64,000 nt of DNA from Mobula hypostoma. Lineage: Eukaryota. The notes beneath the pieces were generated by a model. The model was not told where the DNA came from. It searched no databases and saw only the letters and a program-made list of their open reading frames with translations. The stretch is from assembly GCF_963921235.1 (NCBI RefSeq), contig NC_086098.1, positions 121,334,001 through 121,398,000 of the forward strand, in the 5' to 3' direction. Below, piece after piece: positions 30,767 through 45,700 of this stretch (positions within the stretch are counted from its first letter, which is position 1; every line of letters begins with the position of its first letter). Made by a program: the position numbers and the translations under genes.

Positions 30767-33700
30767 GTGAGTGTTTCCTCCTGCGTTAATGTTGATGGTA
30801 TGTATACTGTAAATCTTGTCGGGAGGAATTTGTTAATTTCCCTTCTCTGTTCAGGTCCATACCACTGATTTCCCTGGGAATTACCCCGGTTACGACGACA
30901 CGTGGGACCAGCGGCGCTTCGAGCAGGTACGGAACAGGCGGCCGGCTGGACACAGGCTGGGGTGGGGGGATCCGGTGTCTGGGACTGACACTTATCCACT
31001 TGATGTGTCTACTTGATCGTGGTGACACCGCAGAGGATCAGTAACCTCATGTCTTCTGTTAGCCCTCCTGATTTCTTCCTTAAGTGTCCCCTTGCATTTC
31101 TTGTACTCCATTAAGTACCTCATTTGGTCCTACCTGCCGATACCTAGAACCATAGAACGCTACAGCACAGAAAACAGGCCATTCGGCCCTTCTAGTCTGT
31201 GCCGAAACATTATTCCGCTAGTCCCATTGACCTGCATACAGTCCATAACCCTCCAGACCTCTCCCATCCATGTACCTATCCAATTTATTCTTAAAACTTG
31301 AGAGTTTTAATTACCTCTGATTAATTCTCGTAATAATTCCTCATAACAAACTCAAAGTGTTGGAACAGATTAACTTACTCTGAAACACATATCCTGAAAC
31401 CTAGCCCCAGAGGGAGTTTGTATAGCCACAACAGACCTTAACAGCCGAGTAAGAGTGGTAGTAATTACAGCTTTTAGTTGTTTGGGAGCCTCACATCTCT
31501 TAATACAAGTCAGGAAAATGATGATTCTACATTCATGAAGTATTACATTCATCAGTGCTGAGAATATGTATATTATTCTAATTAAACTTTAAAATATGCA
31601 AGTTATTTCAATATACTTTTAAAACAGTGTATTGTATCTCAAATCCTTCAGAACAGTCAATTGAAACAGCAAACTTGGAAACATTATCTTGATATTCTGA
31701 ATATACCTAGTGTAATCAGTTAGGTATTGACATGCACTATGATGGACAGCAGTTCATTGTGTCTGATCAGAGGGAAGGTGCATTAGAGCTGCAATGTTCA
31801 GTGAGTCAAAGTCTCAGCTCTCTGACTCTGAGGTTGGTCAGTTTTCACTAAGATTGCACAAGGAGCAGTACTGCTGGGCCAGAAAAGTTCTGTCACTCTG
31901 GAGTGTTATCCACAAAAGGCAAGAACCCCTTTGAGTCTAATACATAACCTTGCCTCACACATTAATAGCGTTACATACCCCGTAACTCGGTTGCCAAACC
32001 AGCAGAAATGGACCACTTAGTTGGAGTCTGGATTACTGGAACTAAGAAAGTTTTATTAAAGAAACAAGTAACACAGTACTCTAATCATAAGGATATAAAT
32101 GCAACAGGTTAGCAATAATAAAACAAACATGTACACAGAACTAGGATAATAGGAATCAATCAAGCTCTATCACAGTCTAGGGGTAAAATGATCAGTCTCA
32201 AGTGACGCAGAGTTCAGTTCAGCTTAGTACAGTTCGCAGTAATCGCTGATGTGCCGTTGGAGAGAGAGAGAGATAATATGCAAATTTCGATTCAAACAGA
32301 CCTTTGATGTTCCTCGCAGTTAGCTTTTGGGCGAGCCCTTTTAATGTCTTCTGAGGTCACCGACTGTGACCCCTCCATTCTGGATACGATCGTTCTTCCG
32401 CGGTGAACCCGGCACCCAGGCAAGGGCGGACACACACACACACCAGGTTCCCGCCGATTGTACTTTTTCAACCTGTGCGTCTATGGTCGGTACCGTGACC
32501 AGATCTCCAAACTCACACCAACTTGTGGGGGCACACCACACTTCCAGGGTCTCGTTGTCTCGTGATCTCGTGGTGTCTGTCGTGCCTTAGCGAACCTGTT
32601 CCTTTTATCCCCCTGCCAGGGTATCGCCTGTCCATCAAAACTGCAAGCAGTTCAGATTCAAAGCAACCGGTCTGTCAATACTCGGAATTGTGTCTCTTTT
32701 CATTAATCTCTCTCCTCTCTCATTAACATTTTGAACGCTTCTCCCTTTGTCTCTCTTATCTCTCTCATCAGCATCAATCTTCTGATAACTTGGTTTTTCG
32801 TCACAATAGCTAATCATGTTGTCAGGTATATGGTAGTAATTCAAGCTCCAGAAAAGAATAGGGATGGGAAACTCATGGTAAATGGTTTATCTCTGAACAG
32901 TTGTTAAGAGCATACATCGCCAAATTACACTACATGAAATATTTAATAATGACAGCCACTCATTGGGGTCTCTTGCTAGGCACTTCCTCTTCACTTCTTA
33001 ACCAGGCCTCAATATCTCTTGAAAACTGAGGTTCCCCAAACATGTTATCTTTTCCTTTTATTCTGACAGGCACATACAACCTTTGTACTCTCAAACTTTC
33101 ACTTTTGAATACCTCCCCCTTACTAAGTACACTTTTCCCAGAAAACAGCCCGTCTCAATCCACACTTGCCAAATCATTTCTGATACCATCAAAATTGGCC
33201 TTTCTCGAATTTAAAATCTCAACATGCAGATGAGACCCACCTTTTCCATATTTATTTTGAAATTAATGACATTATGATCACTAGATACAAAATGTTCCAT
33301 TACATAACTTATGTCACTTGTCCTGTCTCATTCCATAGACCATAAGACAAAGGAGCAGAATTTTTTGGTCTACACTGCCATTCAATCATAACTGATCCTT
33401 TTTTTTTCTCCTCAGCCACTTGGCCTTCTCTCTGTACCTTTGATGCTGTGTCCAATCAAGAACCTATCAAGTTCTGCCTCAACTACACCCAACCACCTGG
33501 CCTCCAAAGCTGCCTGTGGTAATAAATTCCACAATTTCACCATCCTCTGGCTAAAGAAATTTCTTTGCATCTGTTTTAAATGGACACCCCTCTGTGCCCT
33601 CTTGTCCTAGACTCCCCAACCATGGGACACATTCTTTCCACATCTACTCTGTTTAGGCCTTTCAACATTTGAAAGGTTTCAATGAGATCTCCCCCCCCCC

Positions 33701-36700
33701 CCGCCACCAATCCTTCTGAATTCCAGTGAGTACAGACCCAGAGCCAGCAAATGTTCCTCATATGATAACCCCTTCATTCCTGGAATCATCCTTGTGAACC
33801 TCCTCTGGACCCTCTCCAATGCCAGCACATCTTTTCAAAGATGAGGGGGCCAAGGTGAGGCCTCACAAGTGCCTTATAAAGCCTCAGCATCACATCCCTG
33901 CTCTTGTATTCTACATCTTGCTCCTCCTGCAATCATGTTTCAATAATGACTGCAGTATCATAATGGCATGTGTTGATTCATATTCTGAGCTCATCTGCCA
34001 TTCCTACAATACTACTGACATTGAGGTGTACGCAACACATTCATCACACCATGCTCAACCTTTTCATTCCTGACTTTTTCTGAGCTCTTAACACTATGTC
34101 TCCACAACCTCTCCACTATCCTGGCACTCTGGTCCCCATCACCCTGCGACTCTTGATAAATTCCAGATTAAGACTAATGTACATTGACAGCACTCTGAGG
34201 TAGAACATCTCAAAGATTCACTATCTTCCTTGCGGAAATTTGCTCCACATTTCAGTCTCCTAAACGAATAGACTGGTCAAGGAAACACCCTGTCAGTGTC
34301 AGCTGTATTAGACCTTCTGCAGTTTTATACATTTTGAGTGGGATCAGTTCCTGGTTTTCTAACGTCCACTTTGTTGATTTTTGTGTTATGAGGGAAGAAA
34401 TTAGCTTTCTTCAAAATAGAGGGTTTACATTAGGTAATAGTTAAAGATCCTTTGTCATTGTTTAAAACTTGTTGATGTTAATTCAGAAAGCTTAATTCAA
34501 AAACCAAGTCTATGGACCAAACTGTAGACAAAAGATGTTACTGCCACAAAGAGGGAAAAATTCACTGTTGCATTGACCTCCGTCTTATTCCTGGTTTTGT
34601 AGGCCAATCTTTTTCTTATGTTTCCTATCATTTAATCATACAACATACAGATGGGCCCTTCTGGCTCACAGCTATGATGCCTATCTATGCTAATCTCATT
34701 TGCCCTCATTAAGCCAGTAACCCTTTATGCCTTTCCCAGATAGGTACCTTTCAAGTGCCTCTCTTGCAGTTCATTCCAGATAATCATTCCCCTCCGTCTG
34801 AACTCGGAGGTCGCTGATTGCACAACACAGCTTCATTTAATGCTCTGGAACCAATTTGTTGCTGGCTTTTGGAACTATCTATACCAGAATTAACTCCACT
34901 TAACTAAGGTGCAGAAGTGAAAACTCATGTGAGTTCCCTGTAAAGTGAAAGTTATGTGACATTTGTCTTCATCAGAATTTTAGGATTGACATTGTTCGGT
35001 TGGAGGATGACACTTTGGAGTTTGACATGATTGGAATCGATGCCGCTATTGCAAATGCTTTCCGCAGGATCTTGCTTGCTGAGGTAATAAAACTGCAGGC
35101 TGTTATGCTGCAAATTATAAATTGTATTTGCCATAAGATATTTTAGATCATTAGCATTACCATAATATTTTAGTTGTTAATGTGCATAATTTACATTTTG
35201 CATTGAGACCCTTTGAATATGTGAAATAAATATGGAAACTAGCAGACTTGCTCAATGGGTCATGTGGGATCGGTGGAGTTAGTGCTTCAAGTTAATGGAA
35301 TTTCCTTGAATACTGTGTATCAGTAGTCCCCAACCTCCGGGCCGCGGACCGATACGGAGCCACAAAGAATGCAGCGGTGCAGCGGTAGCTGGAACGCACC
35401 CAGCACATCTTTAAGAAAAAAGCTGAAATAAACAATCTAATTGATTAGGTGCTGCCTGGTTGCGGATTGTGTCACCTCTGATCTGGGCCGACATTTATGT
35501 GCCAGACGGCACCTAATGAATTAGCTTGTTTATTTTGGCCTTTTTCTTAAAGATGTGCTGGGTGCGTTCTGGCTACCGCTGCATTCTTCGTGGCTCCGTA
35601 TCAGTCTGCGGCCCAGAGGTTGGGGACCACTGCTGTATATGATTCAACTGTTTATGGCATTTGTGTTACAATATGTGTTGAAATTTCTGTGAGCACATTG
35701 GAAACATGCAGACTGGGTTGAAAAGCTTTCTAGGTTCTTGCACTTCACAGTCCAGTAGGATCCCCAGTTAAATCCCTACTGTGCTGAGTTGAGATGTAAC
35801 TGAAGAGACCTGTCAAGGATCTGAAAAGTGGTCACATCCATTTGTTCTATCTATTAATGGCCTGCCTGACAGAAATCCATTTGTTCATGTTTGTGGATGA
35901 TAGTCACATTAATTTTCAATATTCACACAGAGGGACTCCTCTGTCCTTCTGACCACAGATCACCTTTCAGTCCCTTGCCATTTTAAAAGGTACCCTGCTG
36001 TTCTATTTTCTACTGCAGTGATGTTTTCATACTTTATAGTCCATCTATCCTTAACTTAGTCTGTCTGTCCATGTATATTTTTTGGAATAATCTGTTGTAG
36101 TTTTTTCATGTAGATGTCTGCAAGTGGTAACATGTACATACTTTGATAATAAATCTTCATTAAAGAGCTCCAACTTCTGTCGCTGAAGTCTTTCATCTCT
36201 GGACTCTTTCGACTGTACCCTATACCTTTTGGGCCTTCCTATCCTCTCTAAAGTGAGGTGGACAGAATTGGATGCCTTAAGAAGTCTTTCATTATCCTTC
36301 TGCCGAATTATTTTCATTTCACACTTCTGCGTATAGAATTTAATTGGCTTCTTGCCTACTTATTCAGTTAATTTATGTTCTCATGATCTATTACAATTGT
36401 TCTGGTTAAATATTGTCTCATCTGTGACATTACTTTTTTATTCCAATCCAGTGTGCACGCCAAGGGAACATTTTGATATTGTTCAGTCTCAACTTTGGTA
36501 TATTTATCTTTACTTTCATTTCCAATTTTTAAAATACTCATGTTACTTTGACTTTTGTCCAGAAGACATTAGTTTTGCTAACCAGCATTTTCTTTGTGGA
36601 GCTCGTCATAAAGGTGACATTTAATATATTACTTCTACTGCAGTGAATCTAACCTTTCTGCTGTTGTTCAGGTCCCAACCATGGCTGTGGAGAAGGCATT

Positions 36701-39700
36701 TATCTACAACAACACCTCCATAGTTCAGGATGAGATTCTGGCGCACAGACTGGGTCTCATCCCCATCAAAGCGGACCCACGACTGTTTGAGTACAGGAGC
36801 ACAGGTGAGGGAGTTGTTTTGCCCCAGTGAGCAGCACCACCTGATATGCAGATGTGTTACCCGTTGAGTGGGACTGATGTAAAACGGCTGCTGTACTATT
36901 AACACACATTAAACAGCAAAGAAACATCTCTGCATCTGAGTCATACAAAACAGAGATGAATCCTTAAGTCCAGCACATCTAGGTTTACCATTCTACTTGT
37001 CTATATTAATCCCTGTAACTGGGACCTTGTCTGTAGTCTTTTATTTGCGAGTGTACCTGCCTTCACCACCTTCTCAGGCAGCAGGTGAAAAATCCTTTCC
37101 TCAGATCTCCTATTTTAAAAAAAAACAACTTTCACATGAAATAACTGCAAAATATATTGAAAATATTCCAGAAGTCAGGCAGCATCTATGGAGAAAAGCA
37201 GTTAACATCTTGGGTTGATTAACTCTTTTGTTCTCTTCATGGATGTTGCCTGACTTTTTGAGTATTTTCAGCATTTCCACTTGTATCCTACATTTCTGCT
37301 GTCAAGTGCAGATGCAGGAATGGGGTCACTGTGTGCTTCAGTGAAATTACTGTGTTTGAACATGTTGAAGTGTCCTAACGTTCAGGGGACTAAGCATTAT
37401 TACTTTTTCAGGAGATGAAGAAGGAACAGAGATTGATACTCTGCAATTCCACCTGAAAGTGAAATGTACCAGAAATCCTAAAGCACTTAAAGACTCTTCA
37501 GATCCTGAAGAGCTGTACCTAAATCATAAAGGTAAATATCTGAAAATCACAGTTCTGCTATTTTACATTCCCTATTCACTAAAGCTCTATGAGTTGATAT
37601 CTTACTGAAATAGTGAATTTTCTAACACTTGCATGAACACTCATCAGTTGATTCAGGGGGAGGTTCACAAGTGTTAGAAAACTGAATCAGAGAGATTATG
37701 GTCTGTAAACCCAAGTTAGGGAAAATGGCTTCATGGTAGCGTAGTGGCTAGTGTGATGTTATTACAGCTGGAGGCATCAGAGTTCAATCCTGGCATTCTC
37801 TGTAAGCAGTTTGTATGTCCTCTCTGTGGAATGCATGAGTTTTCTCAGAATGCTCCAGTTTCCTCCCAGTGTCTAAAGGCATACTGGTTAGTAGTTTAAT
37901 TGGTCATTGTAAATTGTCCCATGATTACACTGGGTTAAATCATGGGTTGCTGGAAGGACCTATTCCATGCTGTATCTCTAGATTATATATAAATCTCACA
38001 TGAGCCCTCTCCATGGCCTCCATGTCCTTTTTGTAATTGGCAGACCAGAAATGAATGCAAATCAATATGAACTGGTATTGGAAGTTTTCTAAATATTATA
38101 GTTTTGATAATTTTGTGATTCATCTTGTTTCTTCCATAATTCAGTTATACTGCAGTACGGGCCCTGCATTCTTCCATTTGTCGTTTCAGTTTACTCCAAG
38201 CACTTGAAGTGGGTACCCATTGGGAACCAGGCAGATCTTTTTGGGCAGGTTGAAATTCGGCCTGTGCACGATGATATCCTCATTGCCCAGCTTCGCCCAG
38301 GGCAAGAAATTGATGTCGTCGTACACTGTGTGAAAGGAATTGGTAAGGCAGTGGTAGGAGAGGGAATCATGTTGCTTATAATAGTCCTCTTTGGGTCAAT
38401 AGTACAGGTACTGAATGGTCTTGTTGTTGAGAAGGAAAATGGCCTTGGCCTCTACTGTGTTATGAGCAGTAGGCCAACACTTGGCTTAAGCAGTGTATTC
38501 AAAAAAAAATATAAAAGCATCCAGTAGGGTGATGAAGAGAAAATAATTTCTCTTCTTGAGGAGTCCAGGACTGGATGGGAGGGGAGTGCCGGGTGTAAAA
38601 ATATCACTATTAAACTGAGGAAAGAATGCAAAATAAATCATGATATGAGCTGCACCATAGTGCATGAATATAATGTCCTTTGTGTTCACTTCCTAGCTAA
38701 AGACCATGCCAAGTTCTCTCCTGTTGCCACAGCAAGCTACCGACTTTTACCTGAAATAACTCTACTGAGTCCCATAGAAGGGGAGCTTGCAGAGAAACTC
38801 AAGCAGTGTTTCTCTCCGGGTGTCATTGAGATTGAGATGGTGAACGGTGAGTCAGTTCTACTGTTGAATTTGGAATCACTGTTTTTTTTTAGAATTGTGT
38901 CCTTGATCTGGATGTGCTGTTTAGATCAGAGGACAACAAGGTGAGTCTCAACATAAATAAACACAAAAAACTGTAAATGTTCATCAAGAAAGATACCATC
39001 TCTGTAGAGATGTTTCAGGTCATTAACTTTTTTCCTCAGAGATGCTGCCTGAATATTTTCAGCATTCTCTTTTTATTTCAGATTTTCAGCATCTCCTGTA
39101 ATCTGGTTTTAGTACAAGTGTGCAGAATCATAAGCTATTTATGTCAAGGAAGGAACTTTCTAGTGGAAGAAGTGAAAGAAAGGTTTGTACAGGACAACTT
39201 AAATAATTGGCATGGGAAGTGGGGACATATAAGTTATTTGAAGGAAGTTACCTTAAAAGATTGATAAATGGAATGAAGGTATTTTATACTTAAACCTAAA
39301 GCCTTGTTTATACTTCTGCATCAACGCGTTGCCATAAGGTCTGCGTCACCGCAAACCCTACGCAAAGCCGACGTGGAACCCTACACAGAAGCTTGCGTTG
39401 CTGCGATGCGCACCTCTCCCAAAATGTAACTGCGCATCGCGGCAACGCAGAACGCAACAACTGTGATTGGTCCGCATGGTGGCATCGCATGTCATTCTAC
39501 GCTGCAATAGCTTCTCATTTGGCAACTGAAGGGTAGGGAAGGAACTCTGGCTGAAATACTTTCCATAAAGCTTTACAGACCTCTGAAATTATGGAGGACA
39601 CATTTTGCCCGAAAAGAGACGCTCGCGTCTTGTTTACCCCGAGACTACCATGACCATGAAGCCTTGTGCAGGCAGGTGTGTGTGCATGCGTGATGTGCGC

Positions 39701-42700
39701 GAATTGCCGAGCGACGCAGACACACCAACGAACAAGTATAAATGCTCACAAGGCCACTTGCGTAGGTTATGGCGTCCATTTAATGCAGAAGTATAAACCA
39801 GTCTTAAGTCTTACCAGAGCTGTGAGAATCATTGTATACTTCATAAAAAGAGATAGTATATTCAGGAAGTCCCATTTAAGAAGGGGGTCCTGCATTGGAC
39901 TGCAATTTCCTTAGTGCATTTAGTGGAACAAGGATAGAAAGAGCTTTTCCATTCTTGCCTTCTTTAATGCAGGCTACTATTGATGACATTATACATAAGA
40001 AGTTTAGGAATTGGATTTTCAAACCAAACCCAGAGAAATGAAGATTTCCAAGTGATACAGGTTGCCTGTCCTTTATGAGCTTGCAGCTTTGGTGGATGGT
40101 ATGGATGCATGGCAGCAGACAAAGGTGAAGAATGGGAGAAAGTGGGATGCGAGGCTTTGGGCTAAATGCCCTGTTGTTACAAGTTCCTGGTAAAGTCTAA
40201 GATTCGTACTGATAATGCATCAGTTTATTGAATTTGTGGAATGTAACCTTTCTGGTTGGTTGGCAGGGTGGAGAAGCATTTCTATCAAAGGAGGTGTGAG
40301 GTGCTCCTTCCTTCCACTAGCCTGCAGGTCACCTTTGGGAGGTTTAGCACCTGCTGAGTACCCGAATCTGTGTCATGTGAAGCTATGGGAGCAGCTGGTG
40401 GATGTTTGTATGAGCAGCTGGTGTACATCACAGGTTCTGGTTATGTGATCGTTGATGCCAGGCATAAAATCTCTGAAGAGTATTGATAATGGTTGGGGTC
40501 ACCTGTCTTGTAAAGACACTGCCCAGAAGAAGGCAATGGCAAACCACTTCAGTTGTTAAAAATTGCCAAGAACAATCACGGTCACAAAAAGACCATGATC
40601 GTCCACGTCATATGACATGGCACATAATGAATGAAATAACCATACAGAGGTATACATCTGGTCTCATCAGATCTGTTGTCTTCAGCTTCCCTACATGTGG
40701 TGCGATTGCATAAACTAGGAAAACCTTATGTATGCCATATTGTTACAAGTTTTCCACTGGCACATTGTTAGCCAGCATTAGTAACACTTGAAGTGGGACA
40801 ACCAAGGAACCAGATGATTTCGGTGACTCGTCTGATGTAAAATATTGATTTTTAGGAGTTGAAAAGTCATGTTCCTTTGGTCTTAGGAAGAAAAGTTGCA
40901 AACGTTGTGAACTCAAGATTGGACACTTGCAGTCGGGAGATTTTTCGTCATGATGACCTTAAAAACCTTGTCCGTCTTGGCAGAGTTCGAGATCACTACA
41001 TCTGTAAGTATTCATTTGGGAGAATTTGAAGTGTAGCACTATAAGGAGTTTTGGGTTTGGGGTTGTTTTTAGTTGTGCAAAGTAAAGGCACCCGTTAGTC
41101 TTGCGAGACCATGGATCTGCACCTGGAATGTCTTCACTCTCCAGGGCACAGGCCTGGGCAAGGTTGTATGGAAGACGTCTCCCCTCTCCACGAGACCGAT
41201 GTTGTCCAAGGGAAGGGCAAGGGCCGATAATGCTTGGCACCAGTGTCATCGCAGAGCACTGTGCGGTTACGTGCCTTGCTCAAGGACACAATACGCTGCC
41301 TTGGCTGGGGATCGAACTCACAACCTTCAGATCACTAGTCCAATGCCTTAACCAATTGGCCACGTGTGTGACTTGTAAATAATCTCCACACTGACTGTTA
41401 ACAGCTAAATCCTTTTATTATCTTGCTAGCAAGGGAGCACTTAAGGGAAAGCACGAAGCTCTAGCAAACTTGATTTCTTGTTCATTAACTTTCCGTGAAC
41501 TGTGCTTCATCACATAGTGGTCAGATGCATACAGACAAAGATTATGACAAAAATGGTGGTGCTGTCGCAAGGATGTGTGGTTAATCATTAAACCTTATGC
41601 AACCATGTTATTTATGTTCTTCTACACTCTCCTCTTTTGTCCTCAAGGACAACCAAGATGGCTCTTGATCATACTGTGTGTTCATTAAGGCATAGAGAGC
41701 TTCTAGCTCTGTTTCTTTTGGAAGTTTAGTTGAGGGGAACTTGAAGATAGCTATAGGGGCCTTTGCTGTCTTGTGGTCCCACATAAGATGTCACCTAGAT
41801 AGAGTGCTACTTGGATAGGTAGGTCACCACTATTGTAGCCAACACAATGAGAACATAGTTATCAGTTGCTTAACAGTGCATCCCAGTATCTGGTATCTAT
41901 CCCCACCAATCAGAAGGTTCATTCTCTGCTACTTTATGTAAAATCTGCTTTTGTTTTGCACCCCTGTGTTGTATACAGCCACTATGATCAACAAAACAGC
42001 AGCAGGACTCATTTTATAGCAGAGCAGACCTCTTCACTGGCTGTCATAAGGAGGTTTAGGACTATATAGTTCCTGGGAATGAAGTTCTAGTCCATGCAAT
42101 GTCTCCTTGTGAGTCAGGCCCCCAAGTACAAGCAATATTCTGGTATATTCAATATTCATCTTTTCTGCACTTTTTCTAGTGTATTAACATCTTTTTTATA
42201 ACAGGGTGATCAAACTACATAATGCAGCATCACCAATGTCTTGGTGTAATGTAACTTTGCAACTCATATAATGTCCTGATTGATGAAGGTTAGCCTGACA
42301 AATGCCTTCATCACTATTCTAACTATGTACCTAAACTCCTAGGTCCCTCTATTCTATAACATCCCAGGAACCGACCATTCTACCCTGGTTTGAGCTCCCA
42401 AAATGCAAGACTTGGCGTTTATGTGTATTGTAAACCATTTGCTAATCCTTAACCCATATACGTAGCTAATTAAGATCCCTTGTAATTTTTCATTAACCTG
42501 TATACTTTCCACTACATTAGCTATATTAGTATCATGTGCAAACTTACGAACCATGGCTTGTACATTCACAGCAAAATCATTTATATGAATTATAACAAAG
42601 CTCCCAGCACCAACCCCTGTAGGACACCACTAATCACAGGCAACCCTCAACGATCACTGAGGATTGGACCTTCCTGCCACAAAGACAATTATGAAACTGA

Positions 42701-45700
42701 TCTATTATCTCCCTTGGATCCCTTGCAATCTAACCTTCCGGACTAGACTGCCATGAGGGACCTTGTCAAAGTTGTGCAAAACTGTACATATTTAACGTAA
42801 AACTGTCCTGCCCTCATCTAACCTTTTGGCTACCGTAAGACACAAGAGCAGAATTGGGCCATTCAGCCCTTCCAGTCTGCTCTGCATGTCATCTTGGCTG
42901 ATTTATTATCCCTTTCAACCCAATCTCCTGCCTTCTCCCCGTAACCTTTGACGCCCTGATTAATCAAAACCCTATGAGTATACCCAATGACTTGCCCTGC
43001 ATGACCATCTGTGTCAATGAATTCCACAGATTCACCACTCTCTGGCTAAAGAAATTTTTTCCTCATCCCCGTCCTTAATGGATGTCCCTCAGTTCTTGAG
43101 GCTGTGCCCTTCGGTACTAGACTTCACCACTATAGGAAACATCCTCTCCACATCCACACTATCTAGTCCTTTCAATGTTGGATAGGTTTCAATGGGATTC
43201 TTCCCCCCCTACCCCATTCTAAACTCCAATGAGTACAGGCCCAGAGCCATCAAATCTTCCTCGTATGTTAACCTTTTTATTCTTGGGATCATTCTCATGA
43301 ATCACCTATGGACCCTCATCAATGCCATCGCATATTTTAGATAAGGGGCACGAAACTGCTCACAATTCTCCTTTGTAGTTTGATCAATGCCTTATAAAGC
43401 CTCAGCATTACATCCTTGCTTTGCTATTCTAGTCCTCTTGAAATAAATACTAACATGCAGTTGTCTTCCTTTCCACTGACTCAACCTGCAAATTAATCTT
43501 AAGGGAATCCTGCATAAAGCCTCCCAAGTCCCTTTGCACCTTTGATATTTGAATTTTCTCCCCATTTAGACAATAGTCCTGTGTTCCTTCTGTCAAAGTG
43601 CATAACCATGCACCTTCCTACACTGTGTTCCACTTTGCCAGTCTCTCAATTTGTCTTCATCCTTCTGCAGACACCCTCTTTCTCAACACTACCTGTCTTT
43701 GTATTGTTTGAAAACTTGGCCACAAAGCCATCACTTTCATCATTCAGATCATTAACATATAACGTGAAAAGAAGTAGTCCCAAAACTGACCCACTAATTT
43801 CTGGCAGCCAGCCAGAAAAGGCCCCTTTTATTCCCACTCTGCCTCCTGCCAGTCAGCCAATCTTCTATCCATGTTCATATCGTTCCTGTGATACCATGGG
43901 CTCTTATCTTGCTGAACAACATCGTATGTGGCACCTTGTCAGAGGCCTTCTGAAAATCTAAGTAAACAACAGTTTACTTAGATGCAGTGGAATGCATGGG
44001 TGGCATGATAGTGTAGTGATTAGCATAGTGCTATACAGTGCCAGTGACCCAGGTTCAATTCTGCCACGTTCTGTGGGGAGTTTATGTGTTCTCCTTGTGG
44101 ATTTCCCCCGGGTGCTCCAGTTTCCTACTGCATTCCAGGGATGTACGGTTAAGTGGGCTAATTGAGTGGTGCAGGTTCTTTGGGCCAGAAGGGCTGTTAC
44201 TGTACTGTATATCTAAATAAATATGCACTGACTCTCCTTTGTCTATCCTGCCTGTTACTTCCTCAAATAATTCCAATAGATTTGTCAGGCAAGATTTCTC
44301 TTTTAGAAAACAATGCTGACTTTGGCCTATTTTATCATGTACCTCCAAGTACTCTGAAACCTAATCCTTAATAATAGACTCCAACATATTACCAACCACT
44401 GATGGCAGGGTAGCTGGCCTATAATTTTCTTTCTTCTGCCTCCTCCCTGTGAAGAGTGGAATGACATTTGCAATTCTCCAGTCCTCCAGAACCATTTGAG
44501 AATCAAGTGATTCTTGAAAGATGATTACTAATGCTTCCACAATCTCTTCAGCTACCTCTTTCAGAATCCTGTGGTGCAGTCCATCTGGCTCAGGTAACTT
44601 ATCTCCCTATTCCTTAGTAATAACAACAATACTCACTTCTGCCCTCTGACACTCACACTTCTGGCATTCCGCTTGTGTCTTCCAAAGTGAAGACTGTTGC
44701 AAAATACTTGGTAAGTTTGTCTGCCATTTCTTTGTCTCCTATTATTATCTCTGCACCGGTCCAATATAAACTCTTGCCTCTTTTACTCTTTATATATCTA
44801 GGAAAAAAATGTATCCACTTTTTATATTATTAGTAGCTAATCTTCATATTTCATCTTTTTTCTACTTGTTTCATTTTTAGTTGCCATCCGTTAGTTTTTA
44901 AAAGCTTTGCAATCCTTGCCTTCCCACAAATTTTTGCTATATGCACTCTCTGTCTTTTATGTTGTCTTTGACCTTCCCTTCTCAGCTACGGTTGCCTCAT
45001 CCTCCTTTTAGAATACTTCATTTTTTGGATGCATCTTTCTTGCACCTTCCAAATTTCTCCCAGAAATTCCAGCATTGATGTTCTGCTGTCATTCTTGCTA
45101 GTGTCCCATCCCAGTCAACTTTCTGCGTCTCTTATACCTCTGTAATTCCCTTTACTCCACTGTAAGTGACATAGTTAATTCAGAAACAAAGGTTCTGAAC
45201 TTAAAGAGGGGTAACTTTGAAGGTATGAGACGTGAATTAGCTAAGATAGACTGGCAAATGACACTTAAAGGATTGACGGTGGATATGCAATGGCAAGCAT
45301 TTAAAGGTTGCATGGATGAACTACAACAATTGTTCATCCCAGTTTGGCAAAAGAATAAATCAAGGAAGGTAGTGCACCCGTGGCTGACAAGAGAAATTAG
45401 GGATAGTATCAATTCCAAAGAAGAAGCATACAAATTAGCCAGAGAAAGTGGCTCACCTGAGGACTGGGAGAAATTCAGAGTTCAGCAGAGGAGGACAAAG
45501 GGCTGAATTAGGAAGGGGAAAAAAGATTATGAGAGAAAACTGGCAGGGAACATAAAAACGGACTGTAAAAGCTTTTATAGGTATGTAAAAAGGAAAAGAC
45601 TGGTAAAGGCAAATGTAGGTCCCCTGCAGACAGAAACAGGTGAATTGATTATGGGGAGCAAGGACATGGCAGACCAATTGAATAATTACTTTGGTTCTGT

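Noticed and set aside
38340-38705. POLR1C GIAKDHAK instead of human GIGKDHAK
   Set aside because: Conservative change at a split codon; this position varies in the RPB3/AC40 family.
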